DNA from: Candidatus Methanomethylophilaceae archaeon | GTDB taxonomy: Archaea > Thermoplasmatota > Thermoplasmata > Methanomassiliicoccales > Methanomethylophilaceae | Length of the DNA: 64,000 nt | Reading direction: 5' to 3' | NCBI GenBank assembly: GCA_017461225.1 | Contig: JAFTYV010000021.1 | Location: forward strand, 46,556 to 110,555 | Shown: positions 56,615 through 64,000 of the stretch, in pieces | Numbering within the stretch: position 1 is the stretch's first letter | Layout of the letters: each line of letters opens with the position of its first letter | Made by a program: the position numbers and the translations under genes | Notes under the pieces: generated by a model | The model's input: the letters and a program-made list of their open reading frames with translations, nothing else | What the model was told of the DNA's origin: nothing | The model's database searches: none

Positions 56615-57184
56615 TCAGAATTTGAGTTTCTCGAACTCCTGATCGAGTTCGTCGGCGTACTCCTCGAAGGCGAACCTTCCGCCGAGTATCATCCAGAACG
56701 CGAGCAGACCCATGAACAGCGCGAATAATCCTGCGACTCCGGTGAGGAACGAGAGGATGCATGCGATGAGCGCGACCCAGTACATCTTCCTCCTGTAGCA
56801 CAGGAATGCGGACGCGAGTCCGAAGACGGATGACAGGATGTACAGGATGCCCATGGATCCGAACAGGTCCGCGACCTCCGCCTGGGTCAACCCGTAGTAG
56901 GCGATGGCCTCCGCGAACGCGGGTTCCTTGAACACCTCCGTCGCGAGACCCGATGCATCGACGATGCAGTAGATTCCCAGGATGAGGAACGGTACGGAGT
57001 ACACGGCCATCATCACGGCCGCCAGTTTGAGACGTCCGGTCATCGCCTCGACGAGGGCCCCCTTCTCCGCGGAGATCTCCTCGTCCGAGGGTCCCTGCAC
57101 ACGGGCGCCGCATGCGGGACAGAAGCGCACGGACGCCGATAGGTTCTGACCGCACTTGGTGCAGAACTTGTCGTTTTCAGCCAT
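56615..57184 (-). CDS. Zinc-ribbon membrane protein
   Basis: CTKCG...FCPACG followed by about 4 hydrophobic helices. Confidence 0.8.
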   Translation of the reverse strand: MAENDKFCTKCGQNLSASVRFCPACGARVQGPSDEEISAEKGALVEAMTGRLKLAAVMMAVYSVPFLILGIYCIVDASGLATEVFKEPAFAEAIAYYGLTQAEVADLFGSMGILYILSSVFGLASAFLCYRRKMYWVALIACILSFLTGVAGLFALFMGLLAFWMILGGRFAFEEYADELDQEFEKLKF

Positions 57185-57241
57185 ACCATGAGATTGGACG
57201 GATCGGATATGAACGTACCGTAGGATGACTCGGACCGGGCG

Positions 57242-58054
57242 TCAGCGGAACAGGACGGACGCATACCCCACGACGGAACCGGGGTCGTATCCGAGGGAGT
57301 CGAACGAATCGGAGTACCTCAGGAGCTCCGCCGACCCCTCACCGCAGAACCACATCGCGGCCGCCACCGGCCCGTACCCGCACATGGACACGCGACGGTC
57401 GCGGACCACCCCGTACATACCTCCCACATCCATGTCGAGGATCCTGTCCAGCACGGCGAGGTCCTGGTCCCGGGCCACCGATTTCGGAACGTAGTGGGAC
57501 ATGTCCGTGGATGCGATAACGACGACATCCCTCCCGTCGCACACCTCGCGGAGCACGTCCGAAAGCTCCCTGGCGGCATCCGGCGACTGGTCACCCATCA
57601 TTATCGGGACGATGCGGGGGTCGGGGTCGATGAACTGTATGAAGGGGACCTGGACCTCCACGGAGTGCTCCAGGGCGTGCGCGTCGGGACGGTCCGGGAA
57701 GTACCCGGAGAGTTCCCCGATGAGCCCGGTGTCCGTACGGCAGATGCCCAGAGGGGTCGCGAACGGCTCGGAACAGAGGACGGTGTCCCCTGCCATGCCA
57801 TGATGGTCCGGGCCTATCACCACGTACGTCGACGGCAACCCGTCCGAGAGGATGGATGCGTAGACATTGGCAGCGTTCATGCCGGATGCCATGTAACCTG
57901 CATGCGGGACCATGGCGGCCCGTATCGAACGCCCGCAACCGGACCCGACGGGCACACCGGGGCCCAGGGGGTGCCTGAAACAGGACTCGACGGACAGACG
58001 CAGGTCGTCGGGATCGGAAGGATAGAAACGTCCCGCCGCAGAAGGATGGCGCAT
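57242..58054 (-). CDS. MEMO1 / AmmeMemoRadiSam protein B family
   Basis: AAGRFYP, PHAGYMASG, GPDHHG, EHSVEVQVPF, STDMSHY, MCGYGP, VVGYAS. Confidence 0.93.
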   Translation of the reverse strand: MRHPSAAGRFYPSDPDDLRLSVESCFRHPLGPGVPVGSGCGRSIRAAMVPHAGYMASGMNAANVYASILSDGLPSTYVVIGPDHHGMAGDTVLCSEPFATPLGICRTDTGLIGELSGYFPDRPDAHALEHSVEVQVPFIQFIDPDPRIVPIMMGDQSPDAARELSDVLREVCDGRDVVVIASTDMSHYVPKSVARDQDLAVLDRILDMDVGGMYGVVRDRRVSMCGYGPVAAAMWFCGEGSAELLRYSDSFDSLGYDPGSVVGYASVLFR

Positions 58055-58101
58055 GCGGGAACGTAAGGGGTTTGGGTGGAAAAGGTTTCCTGACTGTGAG
58101 C

Positions 58102-58728
58102 TCAGACGAGCTTTGCCTCGAAGTCCTCGATCTCCATGTTGAAGTCGGCGGGGTCCTTGAGGTCTCCCCTTGCGACGAGGACCTCCCTGGACAGGAGCCA
58201 GTAGATGCATGCGAGTGCACGCCTTCCCTTGTTGTTGGTGGGGATGACGAGGTCGACGTTGCGGGTCTCGTTGTTGGCGTCGCACATCGCGACGATGGGG
58301 ATTCCGAGGTTCAGGGCCTCGTTGAGTGCCTGCTTGTCCGCGGAGGGGTCGGTGACGACCAGGACCTCGGGCTCGATGAATCCGGGGTTGGCGGGGTTGG
58401 TGAGGGTTCCGGGGACGAAACGTCCTGCGAACGCGGGTGCGCCGATGGCCTTGGAGAACTCCCTTGCGGGCTTCTGTCCGTACTGCCTGGCGGAAACGAC
58501 CAGGACCCTCCTGGGGTCGTAGCGTGCGAGGAAGGAGGCTGCGGCCCTGATCCTCTCATCGGTCTTCTTAACGTCGAGAACGTAGAGTCCGTCCTGCCTG
58601 ACCTTGTAGATGAAGTCCTTCATGTCTGCGGACTTCTGCTGGGTTCCGATGTGGACTCCAGAGGTAAGGTAGGTGTCTTCTGCGACCAGCAGGTCTACGT
58701 TCATTGTTGTGTTCTCCTCGTCAACCAT
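58102..58728 (-). CDS. rps2: 30S ribosomal protein S2
   Basis: [30 protein letters not shown]. Confidence 0.97.
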   Translation of the reverse strand: MVDEENTTMNVDLLVAEDTYLTSGVHIGTQQKSADMKDFIYKVRQDGLYVLDVKKTDERIRAAASFLARYDPRRVLVVSARQYGQKPAREFSKAIGAPAFAGRFVPGTLTNPANPGFIEPEVLVVTDPSADKQALNEALNLGIPIVAMCDANNETRNVDLVIPTNNKGRRALACIYWLLSREVLVARGDLKDPADFNMEIEDFEAKLV

Positions 58729-58741
58729 ATGAAAAACCTCT

Positions 58742-58912
58742 TCAGTTTCTAACGACAGTGATAGGAATCAGATCCTTGTCATACTCCTGCATGGCGATGT
58801 CAATGGGATCCAGCATATCCTCGGGATGGTCCACGAGGACGGGTGCACCGTAGGAGATCTGCAGTGCCCTCGCGCCGATGATCCTTGCCTTCTCAAATCT
58901 AGTGTACTTCAT
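58742..58912 (-). CDS. rpoK: RNA polymerase subunit K (Rpo6)
   Basis: [21 protein letters not shown]. Confidence 0.96.
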   Translation of the reverse strand: MKYTRFEKARIIGARALQISYGAPVLVDHPEDMLDPIDIAMQEYDKDLIPITVVRN

Positions 58913-59105
58913 GTGAGTCACCATACGGATGGACTGTCGTAATCAGGTGGGGATTATAAAGCTTTGTACCCGCCCCTTATTTTTACTGTTAGTAGTAACC
59001 TCTAACAACGCGCGCGCGTACGCGAGGATTGAACAACGGCGTTAACATTCAGAGGGCGCCATGATGGAGCAAAGCGATTTATCCGATACCGCGGTAGAGG
59101 GGGCC

Positions 59106-59594
59106 ATGTCCGATGAACTGACCGTGTGCGCGGCTGCGTTCTTCCGCAGCATCGGGAAGGACGTCACCACGTCGGAGGAATTCGTCATGGGGACGTCGCT
59201 CGAGATGAAGTGGATGTCCCCCTCCGATTCGAAACTGCTCCTGAAACGTCTGGTGGAGACCGGGGTGCTCGTGCTGAAGGGGGATTTCGTCCGCCCCGCT
59301 ACGGATGTCGGGGCCATCGACGTGCCCCTCGCATACAGGCCGTCCGCGGAGCTCCTGGAGTCCATCCGCAGCAAACCGGTCAAGAAAGCGATCGAGCAGG
59401 ACATGTTCCACACCCTGATGGACGTGGCCGTGGGGACAGGCATGGAGCGCCGCGACTTCATCCAGAACTGCAACAAGGTCCAGAAGGGACTGGGTATCGA
59501 CATAGGGGCCGCGGCGCTCATCGTCCTGAGGGACAACGGCGTCGACATAGCCCCCTATGTCGAGGGTGTTTACTCGGAGATCAGCGTCGGCTGA
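59106..59594 (+). CDS. DUF2240-like protein
   Basis: EFVMGTSLEMKWMSP.D, C-terminal DIGAAALIV..DNGVD; SD GAGGGG before ATG 59106. Confidence 0.7.
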   Translation: MSDELTVCAAAFFRSIGKDVTTSEEFVMGTSLEMKWMSPSDSKLLLKRLVETGVLVLKGDFVRPATDVGAIDVPLAYRPSAELLESIRSKPVKKAIEQDMFHTLMDVAVGTGMERRDFIQNCNKVQKGLGIDIGAAALIVLRDNGVDIAPYVEGVYSEISVG

Positions 59595-60086
59595 TCATTC
59601 CCTGCGGATGAAGTTCCCGAGGGTCATCCTGTTGGATCCGCCCCCGTTCCCGACGGAGACGCCCGACTGGACGGTCTCCGTGAGCTTTATCCCGAGGGCC
59701 TTCTCGATCTTCTTGATGAGCTTGTCGTCGGGTACGAGGTTGTTGGACTCTATCTTCGAGAGGGTTCCCTTCTTCTCGAGGATCGATGCTGCGAACTGGT
59801 CGAGGTCCATTCCCCTCGCCTCGCGCGCCTCCCTTATGACCCCGCCGTAGTCGTCGACGAGCTCGACGGTGGACGATCCGGCGTAGATGTCCTTGGACTT
59901 CATCCTCCTCTCGCGCTTCTGGAGCCTCTCCTCTATCACTGTGTGTGACACGGGTGCTCCGCCGGAGGCGGAACCCCTGTAGTCCTCCCCGAATCTGGCG
60001 CAGTTGGGGCATACGGTGAGCCTGGAGCCCTCGACCACCACGGTCTTGGTGACGGGCACTTCCTTACCGCACATCTCACATATCAT
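59595..60086 (-). CDS. Archaeal multiprotein bridging factor aMBF1 (Zn ribbon plus HTH)
   Basis: CEMCG...CPNC, IREAREARG, KIEKALGIKL, TLG. Confidence 0.9.
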   Translation of the reverse strand: MICEMCGKEVPVTKTVVVEGSRLTVCPNCARFGEDYRGSASGGAPVSHTVIEERLQKRERRMKSKDIYAGSSTVELVDDYGGVIREAREARGMDLDQFAASILEKKGTLSKIESNNLVPDDKLIKKIEKALGIKLTETVQSGVSVGNGGGSNRMTLGNFIRRE

Positions 60087-60181
60087 AGCCAGTCGATGCC
60101 CTAGCGGATAATTAAACCCATTGCAGGGACGCACGCGCCTGCGATAAACTATTATTAACCATGCACATTCCCTGCAACCAC

Positions 60182-61393
60182 ATGAACTACGACGAATTGG
60201 ACGAGCAGATTTCCGAACTCAAGGCCAAGATCGTGACCTTGGAGGAGAGGAACGTCAGACTCATGGAGGACCTCCAGAACGCCGAGACGGAGAAGCGCTA
60301 CTCCGAAAGCGAACTCTTCAGACTCCAGAAGGACATCGCCAGGCTCAGGAACGAGCTTGAGAGGTTGAAGAGCCCTCCGCTCATAATCGGGTCGGTCAGG
60401 GACATCCTCCCGAACAACCGCGTCGTAGTGAAGAGCACCACCGGTCCGGATTTCGTCGTGTCCGTGTCCGAGTACGTGCCCGAGACGGACCTGTACCCCG
60501 GTGCCAGGGTCTCCCTCAACAAGCAGACCCTGTCCGTGATGGACGTCCTCCCGTCACCCATCGACCCTGTGGTGTCCGGTGCGGAGATCATAGACAAGCC
60601 CAACATCACGTACTCCGACATAGGCGGACTCAAGGACCAGATGCTGGAGCTCCGCGAGGCCGTGGAGGACCCGCTCCTCAGGCCGGAACTGTACGCCACC
60701 GTCGGTATCGAGCCCCCGAAGGGAGTCCTCCTGGTGGGACCTCCGGGAACCGGCAAGACCCTCATGGCGAAGGCCGTGGCCAACGCCACCAGCGCCACCT
60801 TCATCAGGCTCGTCGGATCCGAGCTCGTGCAGAAGTACATCGGAGAGGGGGCCAGGCTCGTGCGCGAGCTGTTCATGCTGGCGAAGGAGAAGGCGCCCAG
60901 CATCATATTCATCGACGAACTCGACTCCGTCGGGGCCAAGAGGTCGGATGTGTCCACCTCCGGCGACAGGGAGGTCCAGAGGACCCTCATGCAGCTCCTG
61001 TCCGAGCTCGACGGGTTCACGCCCACCAGCGACGTCAAGATCATAGGCGCGACCAACAGGCCCGACATCCTCGACGACGCGCTCCTCAGGCCCGGAAGGT
61101 TCGACCGCATCATCGATGTCGGCCTCCCGGATGCGGACGGAAGGGAGCAGATCTTCAGGATCCACCTCGCCCACATGAACGTGGACGAGGGGGTCGACCC
61201 CGCCAAGCTGGCCGAGAGCACGGACGGCATGTCCGGTGCGGAGATCAAGAACGTGTGCACGGAGGCGGGAATGCTCGCCATCAGGGACAACCGCGACACC
61301 ATCCTGGAGAAGGACTTCGACGATGCCCGCGAGAAGGTCAAGAAGTCCGGAAGGAACAAGACCAGTCCCGTACCGGCCTACATGTTCGGTTGA
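60182..61393 (+). CDS. pan: Proteasome-activating nucleotidase
   Basis: Coiled coil, OB domain, GPPGTGKT, IFIDELD, REVQRTLMQLLSELDGF, RPGRFDR. Confidence 0.95.
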   Translation: MNYDELDEQISELKAKIVTLEERNVRLMEDLQNAETEKRYSESELFRLQKDIARLRNELERLKSPPLIIGSVRDILPNNRVVVKSTTGPDFVVSVSEYVPETDLYPGARVSLNKQTLSVMDVLPSPIDPVVSGAEIIDKPNITYSDIGGLKDQMLELREAVEDPLLRPELYATVGIEPPKGVLLVGPPGTGKTLMAKAVANATSATFIRLVGSELVQKYIGEGARLVRELFMLAKEKAPSIIFIDELDSVGAKRSDVSTSGDREVQRTLMQLLSELDGFTPTSDVKIIGATNRPDILDDALLRPGRFDRIIDVGLPDADGREQIFRIHLAHMNVDEGVDPAKLAESTDGMSGAEIKNVCTEAGMLAIRDNRDTILEKDFDDAREKVKKSGRNKTSPVPAYMFG

Positions 61394-61414
61394 TTCCGGA
61401 CGTATGTGAAAACC

Positions 61415-61434
61415 GGGGGAGGGGGACCTCCCCC
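61415..61434. terminator. GC hairpin between convergent pan and GPN genes
   Basis: GGGGGAGG-GGGA-CCTCCCCC with T-rich tails on both strands. Confidence 0.55.
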
Positions 61435-61456
61435 CTGTTCCCCCTTTGTTTTACGG

Positions 61457-62221
61457 TCACTCCCTGTCGTTGTCCTCCCCGCCGAAGAACGTCAGCTGGG
61501 ATGCGGCGTAGATGTCCTCCATGCCCACGTAGTCCTGTGCGGATACGGAGCGTATCCCTCCGAAGACGCCCATGTTCTCCATGGCCTTGAACAGCTCCAT
61601 GCCGACGACGGTCTGGGGGTTCGTATCGGAATCCAACAGGTCGCCGTACAGCACGTCGGGGACGGAGTACCAGTCGATCATCCTCTGCTCGTCCTCCTCG
61701 GACAGCGTGTCGCACTTGGAGAGGAGGTTGATCATGGGGAGCTGGAGCCTGAACTGGGTCAGCGCACCGAGGGTCATGGCGGATATGAAGCCATTGGGGG
61801 TCCTGGTGAGGGACGGGTCGGACAGGTACACCAGCATGGAGTCCTCCTTCCCGAACGCCCTGACTGTTATGTTGGACGACTCCCTGAACGCGAACAGCTC
61901 CAGCTGTCCGGGGGTGTCCACCAGGACGTAGTCGGCCTTGAACGTGGACAGCACCTCGGTCATCTTCCTGATGTTCACCGCCATGAGGTCGGCGGCCACG
62001 ATCTGGGCGCCGTTCGGTCCGAGGGTGTACTCCTGCATGACCTCGCCGAGGGAGATCCAGTCCCTGATGTCTATCTCGGGCTCGTATGGGAGCTCGTCAG
62101 CACCGGGGTCCATGTTCACGACTATGGCATCGACGCCCGAGTCGTCCAACCACTGCCTGTACGCACCCACCAGGGTGCTCTTCCCGCTACCGGCCGTTCC
62201 AACGAAGAATAGGTTCTTCAT
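61457..62221 (-). CDS. GPN-loop GTPase
   Basis: GTAGSGKST, NMDPG, LGPNGA, DTPGQLELF, SKCD. Confidence 0.93.
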   Translation of the reverse strand: MKNLFFVGTAGSGKSTLVGAYRQWLDDSGVDAIVVNMDPGADELPYEPEIDIRDWISLGEVMQEYTLGPNGAQIVAADLMAVNIRKMTEVLSTFKADYVLVDTPGQLELFAFRESSNITVRAFGKEDSMLVYLSDPSLTRTPNGFISAMTLGALTQFRLQLPMINLLSKCDTLSEEDEQRMIDWYSVPDVLYGDLLDSDTNPQTVVGMELFKAMENMGVFGGIRSVSAQDYVGMEDIYAASQLTFFGGEDNDRE

Positions 62222-62278
62222 TTCAATCGGAATATCATTCAGGAAGACCCATATATTAACTATCACACTCGCGCCATT

Positions 62279-62854
62279 ATGAGAAACGGTACTGCTAATC
62301 CCAGAACCTTCGCCCTCGTCGGCATCCTCGCGGCGATACTCTTCGCCGCCATATGGATCATCGCCGCACACGAGGACCCCTCCTGGACCCTCGGGACCAA
62401 CACCCTGTCCGACATGGGGATCTCCGATGTCGAGGTGACCGCCAACCTGTTCAATTACGGCTGTGTCGTCAGCGGCCTCCTGCTGGCCGTCTTCGGACTC
62501 GGCAAGGCCACATGCGAGACCGGAGCGAACCGCACAGGTGGCATGCTCCTCATCGCCGCGGCGATGTTCTTCGTCTGCGTCGGATTCGTGACCAAGGACG
62601 TCGGGAACGGCAACCCCCACCTCCTCGTCGCATACCTGTTCTTCCTGTTCCTCGTGCTCGGCATCGTCGCATCGACGGTCGGGGACTGGATGGAGGGCAG
62701 GGGACTCACCGCATCCGTGTCCAGCATCCTGATCGTGTTCTGCCTCGGGGTCTCCATCGGATCGACCCTCGCGATGACCGAGGCGGTCGTCGTCGCATGC
62801 GCTCTCCTGTGGACAATCCTGCAGGGAGCCAAGCTCCTGATGAGCAAGGCTTAA
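62279..62854 (+). CDS. DUF998-like membrane protein
   Basis: W.LG.NTLSDMG, FNYG, H...A.LFF; multiple TM helices. Confidence 0.75.
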   Translation: MRNGTANPRTFALVGILAAILFAAIWIIAAHEDPSWTLGTNTLSDMGISDVEVTANLFNYGCVVSGLLLAVFGLGKATCETGANRTGGMLLIAAAMFFVCVGFVTKDVGNGNPHLLVAYLFFLFLVLGIVASTVGDWMEGRGLTASVSSILIVFCLGVSIGSTLAMTEAVVVACALLWTILQGAKLLMSKA

Positions 62855-62888
62855 TTAAGCCAACCAGATTACAAGGTCGGTGTAATAA

Positions 62889-63257
62889 ATGGGTGCAATG
62901 CCTAAGAAGATGTCCTTCGGAATGGGGATCGGCTTCATCGGCGGAATCCTGGCAATGGTCGCAATGGCCCAGGCCTGGAACGGAACCGTCGACTCGATCT
63001 ACATCGTCGGACTCGACCTGCTCGTCCTCACCGCGTTCTTCGCGGTCGCAGGAACGTTCTCCAAGTACAGCCCCGTCAAGGGATCCACGATGGCCCTGCT
63101 CTCCGCCGTCGCCATCGCGGTCTCCGCTGTCGCCCTCTTCTATGAGGCCCTCCCCCTCTGGATGGGAATCGTCCTCATCGTCCTCGGTCTGGTGGCACTC
63201 CTCTGTGCCGCCTGCCCCACCGTCACCGGCTGGGTGGACGCCAACAGAAGGGCTTGA
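62889..63257 (+). CDS. Hypothetical membrane protein (about 4 TM)
   Basis: Hydrophobic 122-aa ORF with host codon usage. Confidence 0.7.
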   Translation: MGAMPKKMSFGMGIGFIGGILAMVAMAQAWNGTVDSIYIVGLDLLVLTAFFAVAGTFSKYSPVKGSTMALLSAVAIAVSAVALFYEALPLWMGIVLIVLGLVALLCAACPTVTGWVDANRRA

Positions 63258-63262
63258 AACAG

Positions 63263-63282
63263 GAGGGTCCGCAAGGACCCTC
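63263..63282 (+). terminator. GC hairpin with GNRA loop
   Basis: GAGGGTCC-GCAA-GGACCCTC, 5 nt after the stop codon. Confidence 0.6.
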
Positions 63283-63298
63283 ACTTACCAGTTTTCGG

Positions 63299-63330
63299 GT
63301 AACCACCAATTGTTGGTTACATTTATATTA
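63299..63330 (+). promoter_or_regulatory. 22-bp palindrome abutting the TATA box of ribK
   Basis: GTAACCACCAATTGTTGGTTAC (10 of 11 pairs) then ATTTATATTA, 20 nt before the ATG. Confidence 0.6.
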
Positions 63331-63350
63331 GGAAATCCCGTCCAACCGTC

Positions 63351-64000
63351 ATGGACGAGAAGTACTCATTCGCATTGAGGAAGTTGGGACTCCTTGGAGC
63401 TATCGACGACTACATTGCGATATCCTCCAGGGAACTCGGCGATGCCCTGGAGATGAGTCAGCAGTCCGCATCCAAGAGGATTCTCGAGCTCCTGGATGAG
63501 AAGTACATAGAGCGCGACCTGGGCGCCCGCAGGCAACGCATCAGGATCACCCAGAAGGGGGCCGATGAGATGAAGAAGGAATACAACGAGTACCGTCGCA
63601 TTTTCGAACTGACAGACCACCTGACCATACACGGGACGATAGCGACCGGTATGGGGGAGGGGGGCTACTACATCTGTCAGCCCGGGTACATGAGGCAGTT
63701 CCAGAAGATCCTGGAGTTCACCCCGTTCGAGGGGACCCTCAACATCCTCGTCGATCCGGAGGACGTCGGGAAGATCGACATGATACGCAGCATAGCCGGC
63801 CACAACGTCACCGGGTTCAACTGCGACGGCAGGAGCTTCGGGAACGTCGTGCTCTACAAGGCGAAGATACGCAACATAGACTGCGCCATCGTGGTACCCG
63901 AGAGGTCCCATTACATGGACACACTGGAGATAATATGCCAGTACCACCTCAGGAGGACCCTGAGCCTCAACGACGGCGACCACATCGACGTCAAGATCGA
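63351..64000 (+). CDS. ribK: HTH-fused CTP-dependent riboflavin kinase (RbkR-type), 3'-truncated
   Basis: Manual translation MDEKYSFALRKLG...SSRELGDALEMSQQSASKRI (HTH)...TGMGEGGYY...PFEGTLN...VVPERSHY..TLEII. Confidence 0.92.
   Translation, partial: MDEKYSFALRKLGLLGAIDDYIAISSRELGDALEMSQQSASKRILELLDEKYIERDLGARRQRIRITQKGADEMKKEYNEYRRIFELTDHLTIHGTIATGMGEGGYYICQPGYMRQFQKILEFTPFEGTLNILVDPEDVGKIDMIRSIAGHNVTGFNCDGRSFGNVVLYKAKIRNIDCAIVVPERSHYMDTLEIICQYHLRRTLSLNDGDHIDVKI

Noticed and set aside
62848-62861. Perfect 14-bp palindrome GGCTTAATTAAGCC over the DUF998 stop codon
   Set aside because: Single occurrence, no loop and no supporting context; it may be chance.
1-64000. tRNA/rRNA genes, CRISPR arrays, IS elements, integrases and defence genes
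   Set aside because: No cloverleaf, repeat-spacer periodicity, terminal repeats or transposase/recombinase motifs were seen, and the spacers are mostly too short. This was checked by eye only.

Overview
Gene-dense, GC-rich archaeal chromosome segment with 66 complete and 2 partial CDS, mostly on the minus strand. It most likely comes from a Methanomassiliicoccales (Thermoplasmatota) methanogen. The evidence is an 11-subunit Fpo-like operon with split J and no FpoF/FpoO, methanogenesis marker protein 11, THF-type FolD/PurH, and no TAG stop among the 66 complete genes. The content is mainly housekeeping: smc-scpA, lipid/isoprenoid enzymes, a complete AMP phosphorylase-RuBisCO-R15P isomerase operon, transketolase/transaldolase, PCNA, TFS, RPA, PAN, purine/serine/NAD/flavin enzymes and RNA-processing factors. 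I saw no tRNA, rRNA, CRISPR array, transposase, integrase or defence island. I cannot demonstrate a wholly new multi-gene system. The best leads are: (i) a long-chain-type prenyl synthase plus reductase directly behind the Fpo operon; (ii) an FpoI with four Fe-S motifs; (iii) alternating purine-pyrimidine tracts recurring in promoter regions; (iv) a family of GAGGG/CCCTC hairpins at gene 3' ends; (v) structured leaders before purH and a beta-CASP/nadC operon; (vi) a 22-bp palindrome before ribK; (vii) several odd-architecture proteins (dsRBD-less RNase III, THUMP-less ThiI, membrane-anchored acidic-repeat/Vsr-like protein). Starts were re-called by eye, and family assignments come from motif recognition, not database searches.
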